A DNA stretch of 64,000 bases, taken from NCBI GenBank assembly GCA_964036045.1, contig OZ038378.1, positions 17,484,001 to 17,548,000 of the forward strand, in the 5' to 3' direction. This DNA is from Eutreptiella sp. 'Long Island Sound 2002' (lineage: Eukaryota; Protista; Euglenida). A model generated the notes under the pieces. That model had not been told where the DNA came from and ran no database searches. It was given only the letters and a program-made list of their open reading frames with translations. Shown here piece by piece: positions 11,391 through 23,763 of this stretch (the stretch's first letter is position 1; the number at the start of each line of letters is the position of its first letter). A program made the position numbers and the translations under genes.

Positions 11391-14280
11391 CAACCTCATC
11401 CCGTACCAGCAAGTTGGTTACCTCGCGGGATTGCAAGTCCCGCAACCTGCTTTTTGCAGAAACGGGGTGCAGAGGCATGACGCTGGCACGGTGCAATACC
11501 GTCAGCTGCGCCAGCTTTATGCAAAGCAACAGGAAGTGCTATATGCCCCTGAGGTAGCGTCCTACGCGTACTATGCGACTCGTGTTGCGTCTGGTTCCCT
11601 TTCATGGGGAGACCACCTGCGCATGGTAACCTTTCGTCACGAGCTGGGGCCTGCAGTTGCCACTCGCTGTGCATTTTGTGATAACGTGGTGACCGTGTCA
11701 CACTTTCAAGAAACTCGTCGATACAGTCAATTGTGGTCTGCTGTACTATACACACAGATGGCTTCCGATCTTCGCCGCATAATACCAGCGTGGTCCGTCT
11801 CTCTGCCCACCTGCTGGGGTGTGCTAGTTCAGTGGGGAGGGACGTATCTAGGCATTACCACAGAATCCGCCCCAGTCTGTCCGGTACCGCACGTGTCTTG
11901 GATGACCCTGTCACTCATTGGCCTTATGCTCCCGGTGTTGGAGAAAGCGATGATACGTCATGGGGCCACGCCTCAGCAAGTGAGAAAGTTTTTGGTAGCT
12001 TTTGGGAAAGCTGTGTTGCGCATGTCCTGCACCGCCCACCCCCCTCAACTACGAAATGAGGCGGTTGGGCTAGGCCTGGTCACACCCTGGTGGCGTTTGA
12101 CTACCTGTATCCCGCTCGTGACTTCCCGGCCGCGGGACATTGGCACCTACAGCCGCCGGAGTCCTCCTCGGTGCCCCCGGCACTCCATTTGCACCTTTGG
12201 CACCACATCTCCGGTGTGTCTATCTACGTCCCAAAAAGACACATGGCACATCATGGGACCGGGGACGTGCTATACTAGTTTCACTCAAGATCACGTCTTG
12301 CGGAAAACGCTCAGTGGCCACGTTTCGTTCGGCAGCGGGCGTGCTTTTTTATGTAGTGGACCTCCCAAGGGCAGAAGCGGCCAGGGAACTTACACATTGT
12401 CATCGCTGGTTTGTTTTGCGATACAGGGCGGGTCCACACCGCTTTCTCGCCGGGTACACCCGCGGAGACTCTGCGCCTACACCGGCACGTGTCCGACAAT
12501 GGTGTCACATGTGGCGTTTCTACCTCCAAACTGGTGGACATGCAGTGCATTCGCACTACACGGATCTACGACTATGTATGTCGTTGGGTTGACAGCCATC
12601 TGCCCTGCATTTTGTGCTCTTGGTCGGATGCGCGTTTGGCCCTTGCCTGCATGCTGGACGTACCACGACCCTCCTAGAGATAGCGTTTAGAACACCCGCA
12701 CGGGACCCTCAAACACGACGTGTTGGCACGCACGGAACACACACGGCACACACAGAGGGGCTTCGGACACCCGTTGGGGAGCGTGACACTCCGGCACCGT
12801 GCAACGGCAGAAGGAGTTAAGACCTCCCGAGCATGTACACTAACTGGAGCGACGTCCGTCACCCAGGCAGCCCAACAGCCGAAAACCACAGATTTTCTCC
12901 GACGGAAAACTTGTGCCCGTTTTCTACCCCCACGACCAAACGGTGGTACCAAGGTGGGGAGGGTGGGTCCGAGCCATGCTCCAGCCCATACCATAGCAGG
13001 TGCGACTCCTGTAGACCCACCACCACCACCACCACCACCCCCGCATCCCCCCCCCCCCCCAAGGGGGGGAACGTCACTTTGACATTTCTTTTGGAAACGG
13101 TTGGTTGTAGTGTGCTCTCCTATTCTTTCTCCGCAAGTGCCCTTTGTCAGAGTTGATCCCGTCATTCAAACACAAATGTATGCCACAGGCACTCGTGTTT
13201 GGTGCCACTCTCGCCGCAAGGGTGTCCCGCCGTTAGCAACCATCATTGGTCCCTTACCCTCTAGACTTGAGTTCCTGCATATTCTATTCAAGGTTGTTTG
13301 GAGTCGCAAAAGGAAGTTTCACACAGTGCTTGTGGAATGGGCATGTGCACAGAAGTAACATGATGTTTCAATGCAATTCACTCTACCGGTGTTGTGCACG
13401 CACAACTACAATTTTGAAGTGTTACGGTTTTGAAGTGTTGCAGTTTGGTGGTGCAATCCCCCCCCCCCCCCCCAAGGGGGGAAACGCCACTTCATGACCC
13501 CCCCCCCCCGTTGAACTGAGTGTGGTGATGACCATGCGCCTGTGACACGGGGGCGTATGCGAGCCTAGTATCCGTTGCCTCATGGCCCGGGGGGGGGGGG
13601 GGGCGTCACGACATTGGGGAGGAGATTACACGGGGGGTGTAAGGTATGTGTGTATGTCTACATGGGATGCTTTAGCCTCAAGATTCAATAATCCAGCACG
13701 GATACTAGGGTACCTAGACTCCGAACGAGGGTGGTGGTTGCCCCAAGGGGCCATCTTAGGTATTTTCACCTTGGGAGGCGCCGGATAGGGCAAGACGGGC
13801 TATGTAAATAGATAAGACTATGTAAATACCATTTGTTGCCCATCTTAAACACGATGTTGCTGTGGCCAAAAATGGTGAAAAGGGTTGGTGAGTCAGGCGT
13901 TGTTCTTCGTTTTGTTGGTCGTTCCATCTTGCATGCATGTGCTATGCTCATGCAATTGTGAAAAGGGTACCCCAACCTTGGTATGACGGTGATACACGAC
14001 CGGAGTGCTCTCTAAGGGGCTTCAAATTGTTTATCCTCCTGTTAGACACCACAGTATGTTTCCATTGCTTGTGCAGTACACCCGGTCCTTGCTATAGCAG
14101 AGGTCACTAGACTCTCCTCATGTGGAAGTGCTCCGAGTATGCTTGGTGGGCAGATGGTACTTAGTTGACGATTGAACAAAAGGAAGCTTGCTTGTTGTTG
14201 AGGGTGTGATGCCCGGGGTGGCAACCGTCGCCCTTCATGGCATGTTCCATTTTGCATTATGTCTGATGGGAAGGGAAGGT

Positions 14281-14354
14281 ATCTTGCAGATGTGTCTAGC
14301 TAGCTAGACACATCTAGCTAGACACATATCTTGCAGATGTGTCTAGCTAGCTAG
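14281..14354. repeat. Perfect 28-bp palindrome within a 27-bp direct repeat
   Basis: AGATGTGTCTAGCTAGCTAGACACATCT (14288-14315) is self-complementary. ATCTTGCAGATGTGTCTAGCTAGCTAG occurs at 14281 and 14328. Confidence 0.9.
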
Positions 14355-14499
14355 GGTAGCTCAAGTGGCCTAATTTTGAGGGCATTTGGAAAGGGTGTGT
14401 CCGGGGCTCCTCGAGGGGGAATTTAGGCTGAAAGTAGCGTGCAGTGCAAGGATTCTCCATACGAGAGGCTGTTGGTGGATGTGATCCGTGGACCAACAT

Positions 14500-16450
14500 G
14501 GATCACGCACGGAGCCACACCTTTGGGTGTGGCTCCAATTTATGGTTTATGGAAGATGGCTAGATTAGAACTAACTCGCGACAACAATTTTCGATCACCT
14601 TTTTTGCATTCAATTCGATTGCATCGCTGGTATTTAGAGGGTGCCTCGCGTGCAATGCGGGCGCACGGTACGACTTTAGCCCGGTTGGTGTAGAATGGCG
14701 GTACCATGGAATGTTGCCCAAAAGCGGTCGTTGGAGCCTTAGCATCACAAACGGGTGGCCAATTGTTGTGTTTGGATGGAACTATCAATGTCGGGGTGTA
14801 AAAGTGGGCAGCAGGGCACCGTGTGCATTCGAAAATATTGCTGTGACTATGTTTTGCCTCCTTTGCTTTCCACAGGTCACATGGCACTGAATGCTGAATT
14901 TTTGGCGCCGGGCAGCACTGTCTTTTACCTGAGAGGCACCGGGTGCGCCTGCCCCTGTTGTGGGCCTCTTATCCTTCCCGGAGTGTGTCGCCATTAGCTA
15001 CGAGCGCAGACCATATGCAGCTTTACTGTGATTGCCCCGTGCAGCGGCTCACCTTCCCCATTGAACACATGGAGTCCCCCGCTTCTGAACGTTGTCTGTC
15101 CCCACCGCATACCGCCGCCGTCAGGTCCGGAGCGGTTGCAACTGAAGTTCAGGATTGTCTTGAGACTGAGAGCCTCAACGCTGTGCCGCAAGATGACACC
15201 AAACATTTTCAAGTTGCACTTATCATTTCACAAAACCCTTTGGGCCACCGCGTCCCTGTCTGAAAAAGTTGTGCAGTACATTGGTAAGTGACATGTCTAC
15301 TCAAGCACGCGATGCGCGCAGTGCGGTCGCGTGGTGCGTTGAGGCACCCTCTTAGCGGTGCTAAATCCGTGCATCACCATTGTGGGTCCACGTATTTGAA
15401 CACTGCAACCGTTTTTATAAGAAGAATTCATGGATGACTTGATCCTTTTTTTTTTTTTTGAAAAAAAAACCAATTTGTAGATTTGGTATTGCATTTTGCT
15501 TGCATCACTGCATCACCGGGTGTGCTTCCGACATATTTTTTACAAGATCAATTGGTTGCCTTTTGCCTGCATTGACACCATTTATTTCGGTCATGCAAAA
15601 TTTCAATGCGTTCCTTTCTGCCCACCATTTCTGTGTGTGCATTGCTCTCCATGGACCGCAACCCCATGGTCCTGGGTGCTTAATAGTACCGATTGTGGTC
15701 GGCTGGTCTGCAGATCAGCAGGTAGGTCATGGATGGGAGATTATGTGGGGCTGATCTGTGATCAACGGCTCAAAGTTGGACCCCACCGCCGACCACACCA
15801 AATCATGACCATCAGAAATTGAGTGTTCCCATTGAGAACAGCTACTAATCTGACATTTTGCTTTCAATGTAATCATCAGTATGCAGTTGCCACATTGCGC
15901 TGTGGTTCTCTGAGTGCCCTGCCCCATCGTCACATGTAGCCAATTTGTCAACACCACAAGAACAAGAAGAGACTTGACAAACATGATCTCCGTGTTTGGC
16001 AGCCAAGTGCAAGCATTACTGTGAATGGTTTTTCAAGTTGTCATCACGTGTTTTTGTGGGAGTGCACATATGCCTCGATTAAATTTCACCCGATTTCGTA
16101 GCAATAGTAGTGCTAGCAGTAACGTAGCACTTGCTGTGCATGGAAGCAATCTGCATGATGAGACCGCGTACTCATTTTCTCCAAGGGAGGTGCCAGGGAT
16201 GTGTGCAGTGTATATATCCCCAGTCCAGAAACGTGAGCCATCTGAAAGGCGGTTGTGGCGACATCTTAAATGGGGGCCCACTGTGTGGTTTTCCCGTTGC
16301 AGATGTGTGGCCAACCCAAAATGTGTAACCTTATGGCCCACTTTGCTGTTGCACTCTCTGCATATACTCTCGGGAGCTTGTGCTTGGTTGCTGGTTGCAC
16401 ATACGCCAACGAAACATTTTGTTGGTATTTGTGAAAATTTCATTGATTGT
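14500..16450 (-). mobile_element. Possible relic of a hAT-like DNA transposon
   Basis: CRECNSKVGHKVTHFGLATHLQRENH (~16360-16280) resembles a BED finger. ARIAREAPSKYQRCNRI (~14670-14620) loosely resembles the hAT dimerisation motif. Otherwise unreadable. Confidence 0.25.
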
Positions 16451-16901
16451 TCCACCAGATTCAATACATGGCGCCTGCATGATGCATGCTTGCTTCCACA
16501 TCTGCTTATTTCTGGCATTGTTTGCTCACCAAGAAGCAGTCCAAGGAGCCTGGCAAGATGCAAATCCCGCAGGTGTCCAATCCAATCCAACAGGGCAGGC
16601 TGTGTTTGATTTTGGCGGTCCATGCAACAGTCTGTGCGGTGCATCATGGAGGAGGAATTGATGGCGGTGAGGATGTGATGGTGATGGCGCAGGGCATCGG
16701 GGAAAGTGCGTTTCTTGAAGCCCACAGCGGTTGTACTGAGTAGGGCAGTGCGTGGAGGGGGAGGTGGGGGGGGGGGCTGGAGCCCAGCAGTAGATTAGAG
16801 GTGCAATGCCTCCCACGCCCTGCCATGTGCCAGTGACCAGGACCAGCACCGAACAGACCGACATTGTACAGAAAGCCAACACTGTTCTTGTTTGCTCTCA
16901 G

Positions 16902-17111
16902 GCGTCTGCAAGGGCAGTCCAAGTGGTTGGGTGGACAGTGAAGGAGACACCTGCGAGAATTACAAGGCCTTCAATTGGTGCACTGCATACGGGAAGTACG
17001 GATCCGAGTGGGACCATTCGTGGGGATCGTTTGCTGATTACAGGACTCAAGGCAAGGATGCCACAGAGGCCTGTTGTGAATGTGGTGGTGGGGATCATGG
17101 TGGCGGCAGTG
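16902..17111 (+). CDS. Host gene exon: Cys/Trp-rich extracellular module A1 (3' boundary uncertain)
   Basis: TTGCTCTCAG acceptor, phase 1. VCKGSPSGWVDSEGDTCENYKAFNWCTAYGKYGSEWDHSWGSFADYRTQGKDATEACCECGGG. Confidence 0.8.
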
Positions 17112-17753
17112 GTAGCTCCCTCTCGACTGCTATGCCCTGTTTGTGCGCATTGGGGCTGTTGGTTCAACAGGGCTGGGTGCGGGTGAGGTGCATGGGTTAT
17201 GGGGGGAAAAGGAAACGAAACGGGGGTCGCCACCTGCGATGTAAACCAGACTTGTTACTCTCAGTGAAATACACGTTGTCATGCGTTTGGACCCACGAAG
17301 GGCAGCGTTCAGGGCCCAGCAGCGGAAGGGCAGCGGAAGTAAACACAGTTGAGGCAAGGTCTATCATGACCGCCCAACCGCCCTGCGTTCGCTGCGAATT
17401 TTTGGACGCAACATCGACTGTTATTTTATCTGACTGTCAAGTGGACGGCACATCTTTGCCCCGGCTCCGGGTCGACCTCAAGAAACGGACTTGCGGCAGT
17501 AGACTACGGTCAGTGGGTGTCCTGGTGGGTTGGCAGTGCGCTGTAAGCTTCTTGTGTAAATCATCGAGGAGGTCGTTTGAGCTATCGGCCCTCTTTCACG
17601 TCGGAGTTGAGTACAGTGGTCAGTGACGCCAGCGGCAAGAGGATCAGCGCAAGAGCTCCCCTTCTGTTTGAGCGATTCACTTGATTGCCAACTTGAAGCC
17701 TTCTTCACCCTATTCCTCGCTTCTTCACCCACTCATTGTCTCACTTTCGGCAG

Positions 17754-17948
17754 CTCCGGTTTGTGAAGATAGTCCCTTCGATTGGCAAGACTCTCAAGGC
17801 CGCACCTGCACCGACTACGTGTCGGGGAATTTGTGCACCGCCGACGGGCAATACGGCAGTGCGTGGTCGCAGTATTGGGGCGTGTTTGCTGATTTCGCCG
17901 TGAACGGAGTCGCAGCCCCGGAAGCATGTTGTGGATGTGGAAAGGAAG
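17754..17948 (+). CDS. Host gene exon: Cys/Trp-rich module B1
   Basis: CAG|...|GTGCTG, 195 bp, phase 1-1. PVCEDSPFDWQDSQGRTCTDY...WGVFADFAVNGVAAPEACCGCGKE is homologous to module A. Confidence 0.85.
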
Positions 17949-18256
17949 GTGCTGCGGAGTGTTGCGGGAGGCCGTGTGTTGTTCATCGGAAGGGATGGGG
18001 GCTGCCGCCAGGGGAAGAACGAGGACAATATGGCCATGAGTTGAGGCGATAAGTTGAATCGCTGCACAAAATGGGGGGATGGTATTGGATGCAACAAGGG
18101 GCTGCTGTTTGTCTGCGTTCTTCCGTGTTTCCCCTTCAACACACACACACACACACACACACACCCGGCGACAGGGCAACAGAACTCTAGAACTCATGAT
18201 TTGGTCACATCATTGTTGAACCTCGCAGTTTGAGCATGATTTGAAAGAATTGGGCG

Positions 18257-18311
<55 letters not shown>

Positions 18312-18343
18312 TTGCACTTCTTCTGCCGTTTCGGCCTCCGCAG

Positions 18344-18664
18344 CCTGTGTCATTGACGTGATGCTTGTGGTGGACCGCTCGGGATCGATTGGTACGGCTG
18401 ATTGGCAAGAAATGGTCAAGTACATGAAGGATCGAGTGGGGCGGACCGAATTCACGGGCGGCAACGGCAACCGGTTGGGAATTGTAGCGTTCTCGACTTC
18501 TTCTGCAGTGGTGTGTGCCATGCAGCACGATGCGCAGGCGCTGTTGGCCTGCATCGATAGGATCGTGTACACCGGAGGCTGGACCAATACAGCGCAGGGT
18601 ATTTGGGATGCGGGAGCACAACTGCAGCGGTACTCCAGCAGCAGTAGAACGCGGTTGATTGAAG
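18344..18664 (+). CDS. Host gene exon: von Willebrand factor A domain, N-half (copy 1)
   Basis: CAG|...|GTGTGT, 321 bp, phase 1-1. MIDAS motif DVMLVVDRSGSI; YTGGWTNTAQGI. Confidence 0.9.
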
Positions 18665-18833
18665 GTGTGTGAGTGTGAGTGAGTGAGTGAGTGAGTGAGT
18701 GAGTGAGTGAGTGAGTGAGTGAGTCAGTCAGTCAGTCGGTCAGTGAGTGAGTGAGTGAATGAGTCAGTCAGTCAGTCAGTCAGTCAGTGAGTTAGTGAGT
18801 GACTGAATGAGTGAATGAGTGAGTAAGTGAGTG
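18665..18833. repeat. (GAGT)n/(CAGT)n tetranucleotide microsatellite; (CA)n at 18258-18309
   Basis: Directly visible on both sides of the vWA exon. Confidence 0.95.
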
Positions 18834-20977
18834 ATTTCTCATCCTGCGCTCATTTGCCGGTGCCCATGCCAGCAGCCAAGGGACATGCCCGCAGCAGCAG
18901 CTGGAGCCACTATTGCGACCTGCTGCCATGGCCACGATTGTTGTTCTGCCCCACACAAACAATAGGCCGAAGAAAAATAGCAGGCATATGCCTCCGGGTA
19001 AACCGGTTCCAGAAGCACCTGTTGGAGAGTTCCGCTCAGCAGGGGTCGGTGTTCCGGAGGCACTGTCCACACTTTCTGGCTTACTGTCCCACCAGCTACC
19101 CCTCAGCCTCATCATGTCCCCCCCATCCCCGGACCAAGGCCCACCCCAGGGCCTTGGTGGAACATATGTCCGCTGCAGCACACTGCCTAGGCCCCGTGGC
19201 AGGGCCTTGGTAGGACAAACGCAGACTGCAAAGCACTGCCGAGGCCCCACAGCAGGGCCTTTGTAGGGTGAACACCCACTGCACAACACTGTTGAGGCTC
19301 CGCAGCAGGGCCTTACCGGGAGAAACATCCAGTGCACGGGTGGTGAATCCCTGAAACAACTGGCAAAATGCCCGAGCATGCTGCACACAACTGATGGGTG
19401 ATTCTTGGGGATCCAGAACCCCCTGACTCTGACTCTGACTGAGAGTACAAAAAAATTGCAATTTTTCGAAACCGCAAGTATGCCAATGTACTATACTCGG
19501 GTTTACGACCCAAAAATCTACATGGGGTACAGCACAACGATTACTTTGGTTGAGATTTTCGGGCTACCTGCGTCTACAACCAGTCACGTAAACCCTGCAT
19601 CAGTGACAAACCCCAAAAGGCCTATGGACATTGTGGCTATGTTTGTTGTGCTATACCAAAAAAACGATAATCAGTGTGTGTGCGTGCGCGCGTGTGTGTG
19701 TGTTTGTGTGTGTGTTTGTGTGTGTGTTTGTGTGTGTGTTGTTTTTACGCTCTATTCTGAAAAAGCGTAACCCTAGTAACTTTTAGGTTTTTGCTGAAGG
19801 CTTCACAAGATGCGTTTGTTGTAAATCTGAGTACCAACAGAAATGTGAACCAGATTATGTGTTTCTCATTGTGAACATGAGAAAGCAAAACATAATTGAC
19901 CTGAGAACATTTTGCTACAGCCAGTGTAAACCTTTGTTGGCTCAAAACGTGAGAAGAATGAAACCTGGCTCCGGTATGGAAGGGATGCGTCGCCACATTT
20001 CATGCTCTTTCTTGGGATATGGCTCAGATCCGACAAGGGATATGTTGTTCAGGCCCTGGGCCCTACTTTAGGTTCGATTGAATGTGCCACTGCTGAGTGA
20101 TGTACATGCACCATGTACTGTACAAATGCCATGTGTGAAGGCGTATTTCTGTGATTCATTGTCAAGGTTTCCAATGCCTTTAAGGTTCCCTGATGGTACT
20201 TGTGGAAGGTGCTTGAACGATGGCCATTCCCACTGGGCTGTGTCACTGTCCAGGGAGAACCGGGAAAATGGTTGTGCCCATGAAAAGTGCAAAAAGACAA
20301 ATTGTATCAAGGAACGCAGTTTGATGGGGATGATGCGGCCTTAGATGCCCACAGGCCTGCCGTGGTAGTCTGCCTGATCGCTAACTCTGATTGGCACCAC
20401 GTTACATGGCACTTGTCGAATTTTTTTTGACCGTTTTGAATTGGTGGGCAATGCAAGAAGAAAGGGTACCTGTGGTGCATGCGTTGTGAAGGGTGTGCTT
20501 TCTCTTAAAACAAGCAAAGCAGACCCCCGCTAAGACAAGTTTGGGCGACGGTTCCAACTGAGGAGGATGCCTCCTCGCTCGGGATGGAAGAGGTGCTGAA
20601 TGAGGTGCTGTCAGCACGATAGCAGAGATCTCATGGCGAGATCAAGCGGATGCCAAGTGTGTGTTGTGAATCAAATATGCGGCATGCTTTACCTCCCTCA
20701 GTAACAATGGTAGTTGTTGGGTTGTTCTTGTACAAACTAAAAATATTATTTTTGCTTAGATTACAACAGCAAGAAAGCGTTGTTTTACTCCTTTTCTTGG
20801 TACATGAAAAACCGTACCAGGTTTTACAGTAAAAAAAAATTCCCCGGGCACACTTTTATTGGGGATTTGGATCAACAATGTCCCTACACAAAGTCAGCTA
20901 GTGCCCTTGACTCCCCAGTGTTCTGGGAAGCTGTGACATGCTGTGGCGCCAGCAAAACCTGTCATTGTCTGCCGCAG

Positions 20978-21288
20978 TGATCACCGATGGACAGTCGCAG
21001 ACGTTTGCTGGTGATACGGCGACGACGCTCCGAACCAGACAAGCTGCCGAGGACGAGAAGACAAAAGGCGTGATTGTCCTGGCGATTGGAGTGGGCCAAA
21101 AGGCGTGATTGTCCTGGCGATTGGAGTGGGCAATGGCCCCAATACCAATGAGCTGAGGGCGATGGCCAGTGAGCCCAAGGACAGCCATTGGACCCGACTG
21201 GGCAGCTTTGCATCCCTTCTGAGGCTGTCCAAGGCCCTCTCTGAATCATGTGTGCCTGAGATCCCGGATGGATCGAGTCGTACATGGG
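20978..21288 (+). CDS. Host gene exon: vWA C-half (copy 1) carrying a 35-bp tandem duplication and a premature stop
   Basis: VITDGQS...GVIVLAIGVG. CAAAAGGCGTGATTGTCCTGGCGATTGGAGTGGGC occurs twice (21062-21096, 21097-21131), giving an in-frame TGA at 21106-21108. The paralogous exon lacks the duplication. Confidence 0.8.
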
Positions 21289-22070
21289 GTACTGTGCCTC
21301 CCCCGTCATATGTGTGCCACGTTGCATCATGTTGGACGGTGCTGATCACAGGGGCGGACCGTCATTGTGAGCTCTTTGCTTTTGCGTCGGACCGCAAGTG
21401 GAGGTGGGGTCGCTGCAAAGCGCTCCAAAGACTCTGCACAGATGGTGGTGGGGCGTATTGGACGTCCGTTCCGGCCGCTCCCTCCTCCTTGACAGTCAAC
21501 AACGCCCTGCAACACCCGTAAACAACCCTCTGCAAACCAGTACAACGATGAACATTACCCAGAACTCCCTCAAGCAGGAGCATAACCCACAACAACCCTC
21601 ACAGCCCCGCAGCAGCCGTCTTTAGCCTCCACCACGCCTCAGCAACCGTCGCCGACCCGACCCAGCCGCCTCCAAGGTTACGACCCTGTACAGCAATCAG
21701 AAATCTTTGCACTGAAACCCAGACAAATGACGGCTTTTCCCGAGTCTCTCATGGTGCTGGTTCGGAAAAAGACTATTTTTGCTTTTTCTGACGTTTCGGT
21801 CCGTGGTACCCCCGTGCCATCCCTGGAGGGATTCAGGGTTCCGGTCCATGGAGTGTATGGGGGGGTCTGGCCAGGGGCCCGTGTCCCTCCTCCCCCCCCC
21901 ATCTGGCCATTGAAAATCCGTGGCCCCATTTTGATCGAAAGTGTCTTCATCACAGAGCAATGCCCGTGTTGTCCTGCTGATGTAACAGATGTACAGCCCC
22001 TTCTCTTGCAGAACCCTGAACCCTTGGGGGGTATGAGTTGTCCCTTCGCCACGTGATGCCTCATGTGCAG

Positions 22071-22358
22071 AGTGCCAGTCGCTGGACAGCCGCAGCACTG
22101 ATGATTGGTGCCGAAGGAGCTGCTATGACAACAACGAGCAGCTGAAGGACGTCTGCGATCCAGCCAGCGGACCTGCACAAGTGTGCCGCTGCCCTGTGGA
22201 CTGCAAAGTTGACGAGTGGACCGCTTGGACTGGGTGCTCTGTCACGTGCGGTCATGGAAATAGGACAAGGACGCGGGCCATCACAACAGCGGCTGCCGAC
22301 GGCGGGGCATCGTGTCCGGCCACTTCGGGATCACAGAGCTGCAATGCAGGGGCCTGTG
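22071..22358 (+). CDS. Host gene exon: small Cys module + thrombospondin type-1 (spondin-like) repeat (copy 1)
   Basis: CAG|...|GTATGA, 288 bp, phase 1-1. CPVDCKVDEWTAWTGCSVTCGHGNRTRTR (WxxWxxCSxTCG, RxR). Confidence 0.9.
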
Positions 22359-22457
22359 GTATGATTGTTGTGCCGGGGAGGGCACAGATGGGACGCTTGA
22401 CGCCCGGCGCCATGTGCACCTGATTGCGTGATCCTGGCTACTCTTGCCTGCCTCTGC

Positions 22458-23319
22458 ACACCACACCACACCACACCACACTACACCACACCACACCACA
22501 CCGCACCACACCACACCACACCACACCACACCACACCACACCACACCACACCACACCACACCACACCACACTACACCACACCACACCACACCACACCACA
22601 CCACACCACACCACACCACACCACACCACACCACACCACACCACACCACACCACACCACACCACACCACACCACACCACACCACACCACACCACACCACA
22701 CCACACCACACCACACCACACCACACCACACCACACCACACCACACCACACCACACCACACCACACCACACCACACCACACCACACCACACCACACCACA
22801 CCACACCACACCACACCACACCACACCACACCACACCACACCACACCACACCACACCACACCACACCACACCACACCACACCACACCACACCACACCACA
22901 CCACACCACACCACACCACACCACACCACACCACACCACACCACACCACACCACACCACACCACACCACACCACACCACACCACACCACACCACACCACA
23001 CCACACCACACCACACCACACCACACCACACCACACCACACCACACCACACCACACCACACCACACCACACCACACCACACCACACCACACCACACCACA
23101 CCACACCACATCATGCCATACCACACCACAATATACAACACCATGGTAGATCCTGCAAGGTTGCTCAAGTGGCAGCGACAAGCTGTTGGCACCATGTGAG
23201 GAAAAGCGAGGGCAGCTTGCTGGTGTGGCGTGGCGTGGTGCGGTGTGGTGTGCTGTGGTGTGGTGTGCTGTGGTGTGGTGTGGTGTGGTGTGGTGTGGCC
23301 TGTGGTGTGGTGTGGTGTG
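22458..23319. repeat. ~650-bp (CCACA)n array (22458-23110) followed by an inverted (TGTGG)n tract (23222-23319)
   Basis: Directly visible. It lies exactly between the two duplication units. Confidence 0.97.
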
Positions 23320-23763
23320 AAGCTGTTTGGCAGCATCTGCCCGTTCAGTTCCCAGCTCATGCATGGTTGTACTTTTACAGCTGCGAATCCCAGTCCAAGC
23401 CCCAGACTGTCTCCCGGAGGTGCGTGTCCCGTTTGCAGGGCAATAGGGCAGGCACAAGCAGGCTGTGTTTGATTTTGGTGATTCATGCGACGGTGCCCAT
23501 GCAATGCATCATGGAGGAGGAATTGATGGCGGTGAGGATGTGATGGTGATGGCGCAGGGCATCGGCCAAAGGGCGTTTCTTGAAGCCCTCAGCGGTTGTA
23601 CTGAGTAGGGCAGTGCGCGGAGGGGGGGGGGGGGGGGGCTGGAGCCCAGCAGTAGATTAGAGGTGCAATGCCTCCCACGCCCTGCCATGTGCCAGTGACC
23701 AGGACCGGCACCGAACAGACCGACATTGTACAGAAAGCCAACACTGTTCTTGTTTGCTCTCAG

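Larger units (their letters stand above)
5720..12690 (+). mobile_element. Decayed non-LTR retrotransposon #1 (ORF1-like + APE-RT-RNase H-Zn finger)
   Basis: Motifs of APE (8447-9120), RT (9550-10083), RNase H (10965-11390) and CxxC..H (11665-11720) occur in order, broken by stops and frameshifts. Ends are approximate; no TSD was found. Confidence 0.85.
16595..22457 (+). repeat. Tandem segmental duplication, unit 1 (paralog 23458-30563)
   Basis: Same five exons in the same order. Homology starts at GCAGGCTGTGTTTGATTTTGG (16595/23458) and ends at CTTGCCTGCCTCTGC (22457/30563). Confidence 0.95.

Noticed and set aside
21520-21680. Gln/Pro/Thr-rich exon between vWA and TSP1
   Set aside because: The phase-1 reading from the CAG acceptor hits a stop; conservation is explained by the duplication.
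22424-23543. HTTP/VWCG-repeat ORFs of 177-407 aa
   Set aside because: Translation artefacts of the (CCACA)n microsatellite.
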